A model generated the notes under the pieces. That model worked only from the letters and a program-made list of their open reading frames with translations, did not search any database and was not told the DNA's origin. A program made the position numbers and the translations under genes. DNA of 64,000 bases, taken from positions 512,001 to 576,000 of the forward strand of contig CBDEFO010000008.1 of NCBI GenBank assembly GCA_965237525.1, written 5' to 3'. Numbering within the stretch: position 1 is the stretch's first letter; the number at the start of each line of letters is the position of its first letter. The stretch is from Candidatus Latescibacterota bacterium. GTDB taxonomy: Bacteria > Latescibacterota > CBDEFO01. Shown piece after piece: positions 9,765 to 20,123 of the stretch.

Positions 9765-10790
9765 TTATAGCAGCGTCATCTGGCTCTTATCGTCTACCGC
9801 CCTATTTTTCCCGAAGTGCCTGTAAGCCAGAAGCGTAGCCTTTCTTCCTCTTGGGGTCCGTTCTAAGTAACCTTCCTGAATCAGATAGGGTTCATATACC
9901 TCCTCAATCGTGTCCGGCTCCTCGCCCACAGCGGCCGCTAGATTCGTCAGACCTGTGGGTCCGCCCTCAAACTTGTCTATCAAGGCTAAAAGGATCTTCT
10001 TGTCCATCTCATCCAACCCCTCCTCGTCCACGTTCAGCATTATCAAAGCCTCATTTGCCACATCCAGGTTTATAACCCCATCCGCCTTTACCTCGGCAAA
10101 ATCCCTTATTCTTCTCAACAGTCTGTTTACCACCCTTGCAGTTCCTCTGGATCTCTTTGCGATCTCTTCTGCTCCTTCATCATCTATCTTGACGTCCAAT
10201 ATCCTCGCAGATCTCTTGGCGATCCGAATCAACTCATCCACGCTGTAGAAATTCACTCGCTCCATGATCCCGAACCGGGACCTTAAAGGGGAAGTCAAAA
10301 GACCTATTCTTGTCGTGGCGCCCACCATCGTGAATTTGTCCAGATTGAGCCTCACAGACCGAGCCCTCGGGCCCTGATCTATGATTATGTCTATCACAAA
10401 ATCCTCCATAGCGGGATAGAGATACTCTTCCACTGCCCTGTTCAGTCTGTGGATTTCATCTATAAACAGGATATCTCCGTCGTTCAAATTTGTCAGGATT
10501 CCTGAAAGATCGAAAGGTGACTGAAAGAGTGGCCCTGAGGATGGCTTGAAGTTCACGCCCATCTCGTGTGCTATGATAGTCGCCAAGGTGGTCTTTCCCA
10601 ATCCAGGGGGTCCGTGAAGCAAGATATGGTCTAGCGCTTCACCTCTTTTCTTTGCCGCTTGGATGTATACTTTTAGATTCTCCTTCACTTGCTGCTGTCC
10701 CGGGAAGTCCTCGAATCTTACGGGTCGAAGCGATTCTTCAAACTCTAAATCGTCGCCCAATGGATCTGGGGCAGTCATTCGCTCGTTCAT
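9765..10790 (-). CDS. ruvB: Holliday junction branch migration helicase RuvB
   Basis: [29 protein letters not shown]. Confidence 0.98.
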   Translation of the reverse strand: MNERMTAPDPLGDDLEFEESLRPVRFEDFPGQQQVKENLKVYIQAAKKRGEALDHILLHGPPGLGKTTLATIIAHEMGVNFKPSSGPLFQSPFDLSGILTNLNDGDILFIDEIHRLNRAVEEYLYPAMEDFVIDIIIDQGPRARSVRLNLDKFTMVGATTRIGLLTSPLRSRFGIMERVNFYSVDELIRIAKRSARILDVKIDDEGAEEIAKRSRGTARVVNRLLRRIRDFAEVKADGVINLDVANEALIMLNVDEEGLDEMDKKILLALIDKFEGGPTGLTNLAAAVGEEPDTIEEVYEPYLIQEGYLERTPRGRKATLLAYRHFGKNRAVDDKSQMTLL

Positions 10791-10848
10791 AAGTTTTTGT
10801 GCCTCACTGAGGCTATTATCTTTTAACCTCTTCTATCTTACCTTTGCT

Positions 10849-11064
10849 CTATGGGTACTTCCGGGGGCACTTCCGGTCCTGATGGATAATATTGCCTTCA
10901 CTGTCAAAGACTTCGTGCCATGTTTCCCTGGTCTTTTCAACCTTATCTATCTTTTTCCTTATACTACTTCGTTCCCCTTTTCTCCGTAATTTCCACTTTC
11001 ACCTGATCTCAGTTCTGCCTCCATCAGAGTGCTTTATGACTTCGTCAGGCTTCCACGATGCCAT
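10849..11064 (-). pseudogene. 71-codon small ORF with one in-frame TGA between ruvA and ruvB
   Basis: ATG directly follows the ruvA TAA; reads MASWKPDEVIKHSDGGRTEIR*KWKL...WHEVFDSEGNIIHQDRKCPRKYP with TGA at 10999-11001. Confidence 0.45.
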
Positions 11065-11664
11065 TTAGGTTTGTCTCAGCACCCCTTTGATGATCTGTTG
11101 CGCAGAAAGCCCGTTTCCACTTTTTTTTATCATCTTTGCCACAGCGCGCCTTGCCTCTATATCATCCATCCCCAGTGTCCTAAGAGCCAACAGAGCCTCC
11201 TGTTCAGGGCCTATTTCACCCTCAGCGTCTGAAAGAATCGGCGCTTCGATTCCAAAATCAATCTTTCCGAACCTCTCTTTCAACTCCATAATAAGCCTTT
11301 GTCCCATCTTCTTCCCCACACCCTGAATAGAGGTGATAGCCCGGATATCTTCTCCTGCCACGGCCATCTTGAAATCCCCAACGGACATTCCGGACAGAAC
11401 AGTCTGAGCTAACCTGGGACCGACTCCCGACACCTTGATCAGGGTCTCGAAAAGCTCCCTTTCATCCTGATCCTTAAAACCGTAAAGTTCAAGCCCATCC
11501 GCCTTAACGTGAAGATATGTGAGGACCCTAATCTGGCTCCCGACGGCACCCAGCTTCTCGTAATACGAAAGAGATATATTCACCCGAAAGCCTACACCCT
11601 TAACATCCACCACAAGACTGGTAGGATCCTTATCAGCAAGCGTCCCCTCTAAATACGAGATCAT
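11065..11664 (-). CDS. ruvA: Holliday junction DNA-binding protein RuvA
   Basis: LYGF, VSGVGPRLA and GVGKK HhH motifs. Confidence 0.97.
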   Translation of the reverse strand: MISYLEGTLADKDPTSLVVDVKGVGFRVNISLSYYEKLGAVGSQIRVLTYLHVKADGLELYGFKDQDERELFETLIKVSGVGPRLAQTVLSGMSVGDFKMAVAGEDIRAITSIQGVGKKMGQRLIMELKERFGKIDFGIEAPILSDAEGEIGPEQEALLALRTLGMDDIEARRAVAKMIKKSGNGLSAQQIIKGVLRQT

Positions 11665-12155
11665 AAGTTCAAGACTTTGAACTTACTGTCCAAAGAGTGA
11701 GCGTGACACAGAGCCACCGCTAAAGCGTCCGAGGCGTCCAGGGGTTTTGGCAGTTCCCGGAGTCCCAGGACATTCATAATCATAAACTGCACCTGCTCCT
11801 TAGACGCTCTTCCCGACCCTACGACAGCCATTTTTACCTCCCTTGGGGTATATTCTGAGATAGGCAGGTTAGAATTTACCGCTGCAAGCAAGATCACGCC
11901 CCTTGCGTGGCCCATCTTCAGCGCCGTTTTGGGATTATCTTTGTAGAACACATCCTCCACGGCAACCTCATCAGGTTTAAGCTCGACTATAACGTCCATC
12001 AGATCAGAATATATTTTGCCCAGCCTTTGTGTAAACGGAGTCTTCGAGCTTGTATGTACGCACCCGCAGCTTATGAATCTGTAGTTCTTTTCTGAGCATT
12101 CAATTATTCCGAAGCCAGTCGTCACACTACCCGGATCGATTCCCAAGATTTTCAA
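11661..12155 (-). CDS. ruvC: Crossover junction endodeoxyribonuclease RuvC
   Basis: ILGIDPG, G.G.ASKEQV, DASDALAVA. Confidence 0.97.
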   Translation of the reverse strand: MKILGIDPGSVTTGFGIIECSEKNYRFISCGCVHTSSKTPFTQRLGKIYSDLMDVIVELKPDEVAVEDVFYKDNPKTALKMGHARGVILLAAVNSNLPISEYTPREVKMAVVGSGRASKEQVQFMIMNVLGLRELPKPLDASDALAVALCHAHSLDSKFKVLNL

Positions 12156-12173
12156 ATCTGTCGCTCCCGATCT

Positions 12174-12932
12174 TTAGATAGCCCGCTCAGCCAGTGTCTT
12201 CAATTCCTCCTCATCGATGTCGAAATTCGAAAACACCCTCTGAACGTCGTCGTGTTCCTCCAGGGCATCCAGCAATCTCAAAGTCTGCTGTGCCCCTTTT
12301 CCTTCCACTTTTACGGTAGCTCGAGGACTCCTTACAAGCTCGGCGTCAGTGTAATTTACGTTCGCCTGCTCCAGTGCCTTCTTTACGGTCTCAAAGCCCT
12401 CAAACGAGGTCATAATCTCAAATGCGTCCTCGACCTCCACAATGTCATCAGCCCCTTGGTCTATGATCATCATCATTAGGTCTTCCTCGTCTTGCCCATC
12501 CTTCTCCACAACGATCAGACCTTTCTGTTCGAATCCCCAGGACACAGATCCCGTCTCTCCCAAATTTCCGTTGTGCTTGGTGAATATATGCCTTATATCT
12601 GCAACAGCTCTGTTTTTGTTGTCCGTAACCACCTCAATAATGACTGCCACGCCGCCCGGACCGTATCCCTCGTACACCACCTCCTCGTAAGACACCCCTT
12701 CAATTTCTCCTGTCCCCCGCTGGATGGCCTTCTCGATATTTGTCTGTGGCATATTGGCCTTCTTTGCCGCCTCTATCGCCGTCCTCAGTCTTGGATTCCC
12801 TGTGGGGTCTCCTCCTTCCTGACGAGCCGCTATTGTTATTTCTTTTATAAGTTTTGAGAAGGTCTTTCCCTTTTGTGCATCCTCTTTGGCTTTTTTGCGC
12901 TTTATTGTGCTCCACTTTGAGTGTCCGGACAT
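12174..12932 (-). CDS. yebC: YebC/PmpR family protein
   Basis: MSGHSKW, NPRLR, YEGYGPGG, DDVQ.V. Confidence 0.97.
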   Translation of the reverse strand: MSGHSKWSTIKRKKAKEDAQKGKTFSKLIKEITIAARQEGGDPTGNPRLRTAIEAAKKANMPQTNIEKAIQRGTGEIEGVSYEEVVYEGYGPGGVAVIIEVVTDNKNRAVADIRHIFTKHNGNLGETGSVSWGFEQKGLIVVEKDGQDEEDLMMMIIDQGADDIVEVEDAFEIMTSFEGFETVKKALEQANVNYTDAELVRSPRATVKVEGKGAQQTLRLLDALEEHDDVQRVFSNFDIDEEELKTLAERAI

Positions 12933-12963
12933 ATGCTACCCTCCTAATAGTCAAGTAGACAGT

Positions 12964-12984
12964 CCCCGATAGATTCAATCGGGG
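12964..12984. repeat. REP-like palindrome CCCCGATAGATTCAATCGGGG, copy 1
   Basis: Related copies at 15950-15970, 21370-21385 and 23273-23317. Confidence 0.75.
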
Positions 12985-13161
12985 CAAGGGTGAACTACCT
13001 CTCCAATGCTGTCTGCTTAAGTGTGACTGGTCATAGGACAGTCACATTCTTCCAAGTAAAATTTAGTTCAAAAGTCCACTGCATGCAAGCGAAATTCCTA
13101 ATATCAAATTCTGGCTTAGGGTCACTTTTTAGCTGGCGTAAGGAATACAATCTGTTTTTGC

Positions 13162-13728
13162 TTATTTAACCTGTTGCACAATGTAGGGATTCATCGTTTT
13201 TTCTTGTTTCTCAGCGCGGGCCTTAGCCATCACAGATTCGATAAACGGCGTCTTGGCATCAGTGCAGGCTTGGCCTTTGAAACGGTACTTATCAGCTAAT
13301 TCCACCTTCAATTTGTAATACTCCTGAGCTACCTCGGTGTGAGCGCGCAAGAAGTCTCGAAACAGCAGGTGCTGCTCCCAAAAAAATCACTTGTCAATTC
13401 AACCATGTGCACATGCACACGTGCTTCCGGAGTACCCTTGGCCAAGTAGTACCTTTCAGGGATTGGGATTGAGGCACTGGTCCTTAGGAGTATACTCATA
13501 GCCGATGCTCTGAAGCGGCTCAATACACTCCCCTGCATCAGCAAGTTGAGAGACACCGACCATGATGTCGATGGTTGGCTTGGCTCCCAATCCCTGTACT
13601 GCGGTACTTCCTACGTGCTCGATCGCTGCGACTCTATGTCCGATTACGCCAAGAATTCGGCCCTTTTCCTCTTCATACAGGATTGGCCATTGGGAATGGT
13701 AGTCCGCAATTGTGATAGGGGGTCTCAC
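13162..13728 (-). pseudogene. GrpB (UPF0157) family protein, frameshifted
   Basis: IEHVGSTAV.GL.AKP.IDI, HVH, LLFRDFLR and KT.FI motifs split by two frameshifts, one in the A7 run at 13380-13386. Confidence 0.85.
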
Positions 13729-13757
13729 GTTGCTTTCCTTCTTGAATAATTCTGGCA

Positions 13758-13792
13758 AAAGAAAAGCGACGCTCAGGGTAACCGAACGCCGC
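13758..13792 (-). terminator. Intrinsic terminator after the EF-G2 gene
   Basis: GCGGCGTTC / GAGCGTCGC stem followed by TTTTCTTTT on the minus strand. Confidence 0.7.
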
Positions 13793-13820
13793 CTCTTTCT
13801 CCAACAACCTGAGGAAAATC

Positions 13821-15908
13821 TTATCCCTCCTCCTTTTGTCTTTTGGCGTCAGCTATCACCTTTTCACTTAATTCATGAGGCACTCGCTCATAGTGGGAGA
13901 ACTTCCTCGTGTGGAGCCCCCTTCCTTGAGTCATCGATCTTAAAGCGGTGGAATACTTATAAAGTTCAGCAAGGGGGACCTGCCCTCTGATAGTCTGGAA
14001 ATTACCGTTCGTATCCATTCCCTGAATCTTGGCCCTTCTGCTGGATAGGTCTCCCATCCCATCACCCATAAATTCCTCAGGGACTGTCACCTCTACGTCG
14101 TAGATGGGCTCCAGAAGAATCGGCTTTGCACTCATAAACGCCTCCTGGAAAGCCATTGATCCTGCCAGGGAGAACGCCAGGTCCGACGAGTCGACAGAGT
14201 GATAGGTCCCGTCGTATAGCCCTACCTTGAAATCAATTGCCGGATATCCAGCCAGAATGCCCTTTCCCATAGCCTCCACAATGCCTTTTTCCACTGAGGG
14301 AATATACTTGGCAGGGATAGCTCCGCCCCTAATTTCATTCACAAACTCAAACCCTTTGCCTCTTCCCACGGGTTCGATTCTTACATATACCTCGCCGTAC
14401 TGACCCCTCCCTCCGGATTGCTTCTTATATCTGTGCTGAGCCTGAGACTTACCCGTTATAGTCTCCCGATAAGGGATCTTGGGCTCGACAAGAGTTACGT
14501 CGACTCCGAACTTCTGCTTCAGCTTGTTTATGATAACTTCCAGATGTAACTCTCCCTGTCCCAATACGATCATCTGTCTGAGCTCAGGCTCGTATTTTGC
14601 CACAAATGTCGGATCTTCCTCGTGCAGCCTGGACAGTCCAGCGCTAATCTTTTGCTCATCCCCCTTAGACTTGAGTTCCAAAGCCTCATTTATCACTGGT
14701 TCCGGAAGATCTATCTTTGGAAGGATCACAGGAGATTCCCTGTTGCAGAGGGTATCACCCGTGTGAGAGTCCTTCAACTTGACCAGTGCAATCATATCCC
14801 CCGACGTGACGTTTCCTATTTCGTTTCTATCTCGTCCGTTCAGATTATATATTTGTCCGATCCTCTCAACCACACCTTTTGAGGAATTCAACACCTCATC
14901 TCCCGATTTCAATGTCCCCGAATAGAGTCTTATTAACGACAGTTCCCCGACGTGAGGCTCAGACATGGTCTTGAACACAAGGGACGACAGTGGACTACTT
15001 TCCGAAGCTTCAAGCTCCGCATTCTCATCTGTTCCTGGCCTGGTGCCCGAAACAGTCCCAACGTCCACAGGGGAAGGCATGCAATCCGATATTATGTCCA
15101 AAAGGGCACTTGTTCCTACGTTGGTGTAAGCGTCTGTGCACAAAATAGGGAAGATACTCCTGGTGGCTATCCCCTTCCTGAGTCCCAGGATCAGCTCCTC
15201 ATCCGACAGGTCAGTCCCTTCCAGATACTTTTCTAAAAGATCATCATCGCTTTCCGCCACTGCCTCGACCAACTTCTCCCGGAACTCTGAGGCCCTATCC
15301 TTCAATTCCGGAGGTATATGACCCTCTGTGACCTGTTTGCTCCCGTCTCCTGGATACGTTAAAAGCTTCATCTTAAGCACATCCACCAGACCGTTAAATC
15401 CATCTCCCGGATTTAGCGGGATCTGCAGGGGAATAGCCTCTCTTCCGAACCTATTGGAAATTGTGTCGCATGTTCCCTCAAAATTGGCATTTTCTTTGCC
15501 CATCCTATTCAGGACGATCAGGCAGCCGATTCCATAGTCTTGGGTGTACTCCCACACCTTCTCGGTCCCAACTTCGATCCCGGACACGGCATTTATCACC
15601 AGTACAGCCCCGTCCACAGCCCTGAGTGCTCCCACCACCTCACCTATAAAATCGGCATAGCCCGGCGTATCTATGATATTCAGCTTGTTCCCGTTCCGCT
15701 CACAGTGCAGCATCGACGCGCTTATCGAAATTTTCCTTTCGATCTCATCCTGGCTGTAATCCGATAGTGTTGTTCCGTCATCCACTTTGCCCAGACGATT
15801 AGACGCCCCTGCTGTGAACAGCATAGCCTCAGCAAGAGATGTCTTACCCACACTCCCGTGACCTATCAACCCCACATTCCTGATCTCTGAGCTGCCATAT
15901 TCTTTCAC
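13821..15908 (-). CDS. fusA: Elongation factor G paralog (EF-G2 type)
   Basis: GHGSVGKT, RKISI, DTPG, KKQSGGRGQYG, H.VDSS; GTG start after AAGGAGG; not in the str operon. Confidence 0.92.
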   Translation of the reverse strand: MKEYGSSEIRNVGLIGHGSVGKTSLAEAMLFTAGASNRLGKVDDGTTLSDYSQDEIERKISISASMLHCERNGNKLNIIDTPGYADFIGEVVGALRAVDGAVLVINAVSGIEVGTEKVWEYTQDYGIGCLIVLNRMGKENANFEGTCDTISNRFGREAIPLQIPLNPGDGFNGLVDVLKMKLLTYPGDGSKQVTEGHIPPELKDRASEFREKLVEAVAESDDDLLEKYLEGTDLSDEELILGLRKGIATRSIFPILCTDAYTNVGTSALLDIISDCMPSPVDVGTVSGTRPGTDENAELEASESSPLSSLVFKTMSEPHVGELSLIRLYSGTLKSGDEVLNSSKGVVERIGQIYNLNGRDRNEIGNVTSGDMIALVKLKDSHTGDTLCNRESPVILPKIDLPEPVINEALELKSKGDEQKISAGLSRLHEEDPTFVAKYEPELRQMIVLGQGELHLEVIINKLKQKFGVDVTLVEPKIPYRETITGKSQAQHRYKKQSGGRGQYGEVYVRIEPVGRGKGFEFVNEIRGGAIPAKYIPSVEKGIVEAMGKGILAGYPAIDFKVGLYDGTYHSVDSSDLAFSLAGSMAFQEAFMSAKPILLEPIYDVEVTVPEEFMGDGMGDLSSRRAKIQGMDTNGNFQTIRGQVPLAELYKYSTALRSMTQGRGLHTRKFSHYERVPHELSEKVIADAKRQKEEG

Positions 15909-15949
15909 AATGACCCCCTCCTTGCCCTTGATCCCCGCTTGAACCCCAT

Positions 15950-15970
15950 CCCCGATTGAATCTATCAGGG
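15950..15970. repeat. REP-like palindrome, copy 2 (inverted)
   Basis: CCCCGATTGAATCTATCAGGG. Confidence 0.7.
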
Positions 15971-15989
15971 ACAATTGGGGATGGGGGAA

Positions 15990-16862
15990 CTACTCTTTTT
16001 CAATCTTCGACTTAACGTAATCTATTCCCGCCTTTGAGACCTTCTTTCGCTTCGAGGCCCTATTTCCACCTTCATCCTCAGTTACGATCTCCAGGTAATA
16101 CGACCCATTCTTCTTATAGTAAGTAGCAGACACAAACCCCTCAAACTCAGCGAAGAGTCCAAATTGATCCCTCTCATCCCTATCTATAGACTCCCCTACC
16201 GCTTCGTTTATCGCAAATATCTCTTCCTTTTCGTCTTCTACTTCGCCTTCCACTGTCTTGTCTTCTGTCCCGGTCCCCTCAGATTTATAGTCCTTTTCTT
16301 CTGCATCTTTGTTCTGTTTTGACGCTATTTTTTGCTTTCCTCCTGACCCTAAGATAAAGATCTTAAATCCCAAGTGTTGGATAGATCCGCCTGATATCTG
16401 TGATAGGTCCAGAGGGTCCTTACCTGGGGAAGGACCGGATTCACCGTCCGTCCATATTTCTAAGTCAGCTTCGGCTTGAGCCTTAGAATCCCAAAGGTGC
16501 GCCTTCCACGCCTTTATCGCCTCATCGAAATTAGTATACTCGCCTTCGAACTTTAGATGCTGAAGGGCTGATCCCAATTCAGTTCTATCACCTTCTGATT
16601 CGACCGCTATTTCTATGGGATCTTCGGCAAAGGTGGAAAAGGGAATAATCACAACTTTATCCCCACGGTCCCTGTCCAGGATATACTGAATAAGCGCTGC
16701 CTTCAAAGCCGGCTCAGCCTTCTTCATAGTCCCGCTTACGTCCAGTGCGATATAGTTTACCTCCCTAGAACCGGCAAGTGCGAAGGCAGGGCAAAGCAGG
16801 ATATATATGACCAGCATGATGTGTCTCAAAACTATCCCCTTTTTTGTCCTCGATAGATTCAC
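15990..16862 (-). CDS. Secreted vWA-domain protein
   Basis: Signal peptide, LDVSGTM MIDAS-like motif, T and TDG motifs. Confidence 0.7.
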   Translation of the reverse strand: MNLSRTKKGIVLRHIMLVIYILLCPAFALAGSREVNYIALDVSGTMKKAEPALKAALIQYILDRDRGDKVVIIPFSTFAEDPIEIAVESEGDRTELGSALQHLKFEGEYTNFDEAIKAWKAHLWDSKAQAEADLEIWTDGESGPSPGKDPLDLSQISGGSIQHLGFKIFILGSGGKQKIASKQNKDAEEKDYKSEGTGTEDKTVEGEVEDEKEEIFAINEAVGESIDRDERDQFGLFAEFEGFVSATYYKKNGSYYLEIVTEDEGGNRASKRKKVSKAGIDYVKSKIEKE

Positions 16863-16956
16863 TCGGGGATTGAATAATGGAACTCCAAAATTCTCTCGAA
16901 CACTAAATTAATATAAATATGCTTCAGTGTCAAGGAACTTTTCTGGTGGTAGATAA

Positions 16957-18588
16957 CTAACTCTGCGCCGTTCTGGATAGCGTCATGAAGTGCTCGTGTT
17001 CTTTTAGTTTCATGATGAATAGTTGTTGACCATTTAGCGATAAATAGGCATATCCTCGAAGATCCTCAATAAATAGAGGTTCGGAGTTAGATAGATTATC
17101 CACAGTGGACTGCTGCTGGTTGACGAACATGTCAGACAGAGCGGGAGGCAGAGGCAGATTGCTCACCTCGTACGTAATAATCCTTGCAGCGCGGTTGCTG
17201 GTGCTACCTTCAAATTTATACTTTACATTATCACTAACCCAGTTAGCTTCAATTTGATCTTCGCTTTGGGTTATTGTCATCTCAATACCGTCAGTTGATT
17301 GCCATACACCCTTAAAATTTGGCAAATCAGGTTTTTCGGGGAAGTAGGCCTCCGCGAACGAAAGGAGAAACTTCTGTTGCTCACTCGCGGAGTTGAGCAT
17401 GAGTTCCTCAGTTTTTGACTCTGTTTCTTCCTTCTCTGAAATCTCTGAAATTGCACTTCCAACGTTTGCATGCACGTCCGTCTGTTGTTTTGCTTTATCG
17501 AGTATCTGCAAAGCCTCCTCCGCGAAGCCTGCGTGTATAAGTCGCTCGGCCAAATTTGACATGGCAAGGGTATTATTAAACTCGGTTGATTTCTTAAGGA
17601 ACTTAACCGCACGCATCGGCATTTCCAAAAGTGCATACGCACGCGCTATATTGTTTAACGCGGCGGCATTATCAGGAGTGAACCGCAGTAGAGTCTTGTA
17701 ATGTAGCAACGTAAGTGCATCAAATTCTCGCTCACTATACGAATATGCTGCTGTGAAGTGCAAATCTGTATCATTAGGTCTGTTTTCAATGGCCTTTTCT
17801 AAGGCGATTGCCTGGAGTTCTAGATCCTGTTTTAGCTCATAAAGTGAGGCAAGACCCTCGTACAGTTTTGCCACTGCGTTGTGGGAAGTTAGTTTTCCAA
17901 GCTCGTTCATAACTTTACCGAAAGCCTCCTTATGCTCCCCACTTTTGAAAAGACAACGGGCAACTGATACTATTGTGCTTGCTCGTTTCTCCTCTTTCTG
18001 AATGTCCTGCGCTGAAATCTCATAAGCTTTGGCAGCCTTCTCAAAGTCACCGGCTTTTTCATAGCAGTGCCCTATAACGTACTGAGCAAAGGAGGATACT
18101 TCCTTCTGTTCGGCTAGGTCCTTCAGTTTACTCATAGCCGACGTATCACTGGCGTAATCGTAGCGAAGCAGAAGATGTCGTATTTCATTTCTAAGTTTCT
18201 CAACGGCGTCGGTTTCCGATTCCTGTATCTTCTTAAAGATCTCTTCTCCTTCCTTGATGTTCCGGGACGAGAAAGCAACAAACATTTTTACTCTCAACTC
18301 ATCTGGTGTCTCTGATTCCAGCTTTAGAACTTCATCAGTCGTTTCTTCGGCTGGACTCTCTGCTCTAGCTTTCTCTGTCAGGTGTGTTTGCGGTTTTGAT
18401 TCTTCCTGTTTGGTTTCTTGATCTTTCGACACTTCAACCTCAGTCAGTCCTCTCTTGAATTTAATCTTAGTAATCTCTGTAATTTCTTGCAGTATATTCC
18501 TTAGTTGTTCCTTAAAAGTTACAATAAAGATAAGGAGCACCACAAGAGCTAGAGGCCAAGCTGTTGCCTTAATCATTTCAGCATCCAT
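16957..18588 (-). CDS. Membrane-anchored TPR protein
   Basis: N-terminal AWP.. TM helix followed by helical TPR-like repeats. Confidence 0.7.
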   Translation of the reverse strand: MDAEMIKATAWPLALVVLLIFIVTFKEQLRNILQEITEITKIKFKRGLTEVEVSKDQETKQEESKPQTHLTEKARAESPAEETTDEVLKLESETPDELRVKMFVAFSSRNIKEGEEIFKKIQESETDAVEKLRNEIRHLLLRYDYASDTSAMSKLKDLAEQKEVSSFAQYVIGHCYEKAGDFEKAAKAYEISAQDIQKEEKRASTIVSVARCLFKSGEHKEAFGKVMNELGKLTSHNAVAKLYEGLASLYELKQDLELQAIALEKAIENRPNDTDLHFTAAYSYSEREFDALTLLHYKTLLRFTPDNAAALNNIARAYALLEMPMRAVKFLKKSTEFNNTLAMSNLAERLIHAGFAEEALQILDKAKQQTDVHANVGSAISEISEKEETESKTEELMLNSASEQQKFLLSFAEAYFPEKPDLPNFKGVWQSTDGIEMTITQSEDQIEANWVSDNVKYKFEGSTSNRAARIITYEVSNLPLPPALSDMFVNQQQSTVDNLSNSEPLFIEDLRGYAYLSLNGQQLFIMKLKEHEHFMTLSRTAQS

Positions 18589-19029
18589 AAAACCTCCGAA
18601 TTACTCTTTTGCACGGTGACAATGAAGCCCTTCTACCCAACGCCGCTCGCAGATAACTCATTATCTCCAGATCGAGGTCCGGGATTCCTACATTAAGTCT
18701 CTGGAGTAATTGTAAAGATAATTGCTGTAATATAGAGAAATTTAGGAAACTTATCAACACTGGATAAGAATAAATGCAAAGTGATAATTACTACTGATTT
18801 GCGGACTATCATAGTGCGTACCTTCTACGCCCGACAGGCCCTATATCTCCCGCAGTTTGATCTCCTCGCTGTTAAGCTCGTACTCCACCACCCCGCTCTT
18901 TGTGTACTCTTTCTCTCTTTGCGAGCTCAAATGAAGTTTGCAAAATCCGCTTGATAGAACACGAAACATTGATTATATTGAGTTTCTAAGCGTATCTTCT
19001 TAAGGGATAGAATTAAACAGGGGTCATCT

Positions 19030-20004
19030 ATGAAATGGAAAGCGATTCTGCAGGTGCTTCTGGGAACAGCTTTAAGCTCCCTCTTTGTCATCCTCGTGCT
19101 TCGCAAGGTGGATTTTGAGGGATTGACACAATCGCTTCAGCAAGCTGAGTATATCTATCTTACACCGGTGGTATTCCTCATTGTCATCGAGTTTTGGATA
19201 AGAGCCTATAGGTGGAAGTACATATTTGCTTCTATTAAAGATATCAAGACGCATAGACTCTTTTCAGCTACCATGATAGGTTTTGGTGCAAACAACGTTC
19301 TTCCCGCAAGATTAGGAGAGATAGTAAGAGCCTACGTCATAGCCAAGATCGAGAACGTAAGCAAAAGTGCCTCATTAGCAACGATCGTGGTGGACCGTCT
19401 CTTTGACGGACTTGCTCTTTTCTTCTTTGCTGCAATCGTTCTTCTGTCCTTCCCTTTTCCGCAATTTCTCAAAGGAGCGGGTATCGGCTTTTTTATCTTC
19501 TACGTGGCGTCTCTTTCTTTCATAACTCTCCTGGGAATAAAGAGGGAGGAGACTCTCAGGGTTGTCAGTTTCATTCTTAACATCTTCCCCCAAGCCGTTT
19601 CAGAGAGGACTATCCGATTCTTCAGGTCATTTTCGGATGGCCTGACGATCTTTGCGGACGGAAGGAGCTTCCTTATAGCCTTTCTACTTTCGCTGCTGAT
19701 GTGGTTTACGGTAGCCTTGATAGCTCAGTGTGTTATTGCGGCCTTCGATTTGGATCTTCCCATCTATGCCGCACTGGTCATTACGATTATCGTCTGCCTC
19801 GGAATAGTGATTCCCTCTGGCCCGGGATTTGTGGGTACGTTCCAGTATTTCTGCATACTGAGCCTGAGACTTTTTGACATCCCCAAAGATTTAGGACTCG
19901 GATTCTCAATAGTCCTTCACGCCATCCAGATAACAGTTATAACACTTTTGGGATTGTTCTACTTCTGGAAGGAGCATCTATCTTTAAGAGACCTTGCCGA
20001 CTAG
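19030..20004 (+). CDS. Lysylphosphatidylglycerol-synthase TM / flippase-like protein (UPF0104)
   Basis: RAYRW, NNVLPARLGE..R, PS.PGFVG. Confidence 0.9.
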   Translation: MKWKAILQVLLGTALSSLFVILVLRKVDFEGLTQSLQQAEYIYLTPVVFLIVIEFWIRAYRWKYIFASIKDIKTHRLFSATMIGFGANNVLPARLGEIVRAYVIAKIENVSKSASLATIVVDRLFDGLALFFFAAIVLLSFPFPQFLKGAGIGFFIFYVASLSFITLLGIKREETLRVVSFILNIFPQAVSERTIRFFRSFSDGLTIFADGRSFLIAFLLSLLMWFTVALIAQCVIAAFDLDLPIYAALVITIIVCLGIVIPSGPGFVGTFQYFCILSLRLFDIPKDLGLGFSIVLHAIQITVITLLGLFYFWKEHLSLRDLAD

Positions 20005-20123
20005 AGCCAAGAGGTTGAGGAAATTTCGGCTTAATAGGCCCGCAAAAAGGTATGGAGAGATCTTTGGGGAAGAGGACTCTTGGGAAAAAAATGGAATCTC
20101 TTCCTGCTTGAAGCTATCTGAGA

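Noticed and set aside
18625..18665. Integron cassette for the TPR gene 16957-18588
   Set aside because: A GTTGGGT core-like site lies upstream, but there is no matching attC downstream
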